Source: Octopus vulgaris
Lineage: Eukaryota
Assembly (NCBI GenBank): GCA_951406725.2
Contig: OX597821.1
Coordinates: forward strand, 19,220,001-19,284,000
Direction of reading: 5' to 3'
DNA length: 64,000 nucleotides
A program made the position numbers and the translations under genes. Positions 63,844 to 64,000 of this stretch are shown here, one piece after another; the stretch's first letter is position 1; each line of letters begins with the position of its first letter. The notes under the pieces were generated by a model. That model did no database searches, was not told the origin of the DNA, and worked only from the letters and a program-made list of their open reading frames with translations.

Positions 63844-64000
63844 TATATGGGTACAGGATGTCACCAACAGTAAACAGAATGAAATACGAAAACAAATGAG
63901 TTCTATAAAAAACGACGAGGGAAACAAATGGAAAACAAGAAAAGTAATGCATAGAATAATCGTTCATCTGTTGTTGGCTGTCTACTCCTCATTTCGAGTA

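Noticed and set aside
62890-64000. GTACAGGACATCACCAAC-type repeats (62892-63100, 63850-64000) with possible permuted hammerhead cores on the minus strand
   Set aside because: The repeat is real, but stems I and III do not pair convincingly, so no ribozyme call

Overview
AT-rich, microsatellite-dense animal DNA. The SINE families and repeat style suggest an octopus or other cephalopod, which is an inference. No host protein-coding exon is supportable, and almost all short ORFs in the track are translations of simple repeats. The window is a nest of mobile elements sorted by microsatellite type. (1) A near full-length Tx1-clade (L1-group) LINE (458-6359) and the 3' end of a relative (1-234) both sit in (TATC)n tracts. 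(2) Two near full-length and five partial R4/Dong-clade LINEs (RT plus restriction-like endonuclease) are all on the + strand, mostly in (AAT)n tracts. (3) About ten short Penelope-like termini lie mostly at (TA)n tracts; many are inverted and carry minimal type-I hammerhead ribozymes with covarying core positions. (4) At least three tRNA-headed SINE families are present, two with interchangeable tails, along with decayed mariner, maT, Helitron and Helentron-type DNA elements. The most interesting observations are a SINE whose tail and TAT insertion preference match the (TATC)n-targeting Tx1, an imperfect inverted repeat bracketing Tx1 ORF2, a tRNA-headed SINE carrying a hammerhead, and natural G3:C8, U3:A8 and U4C hammerhead core variants.
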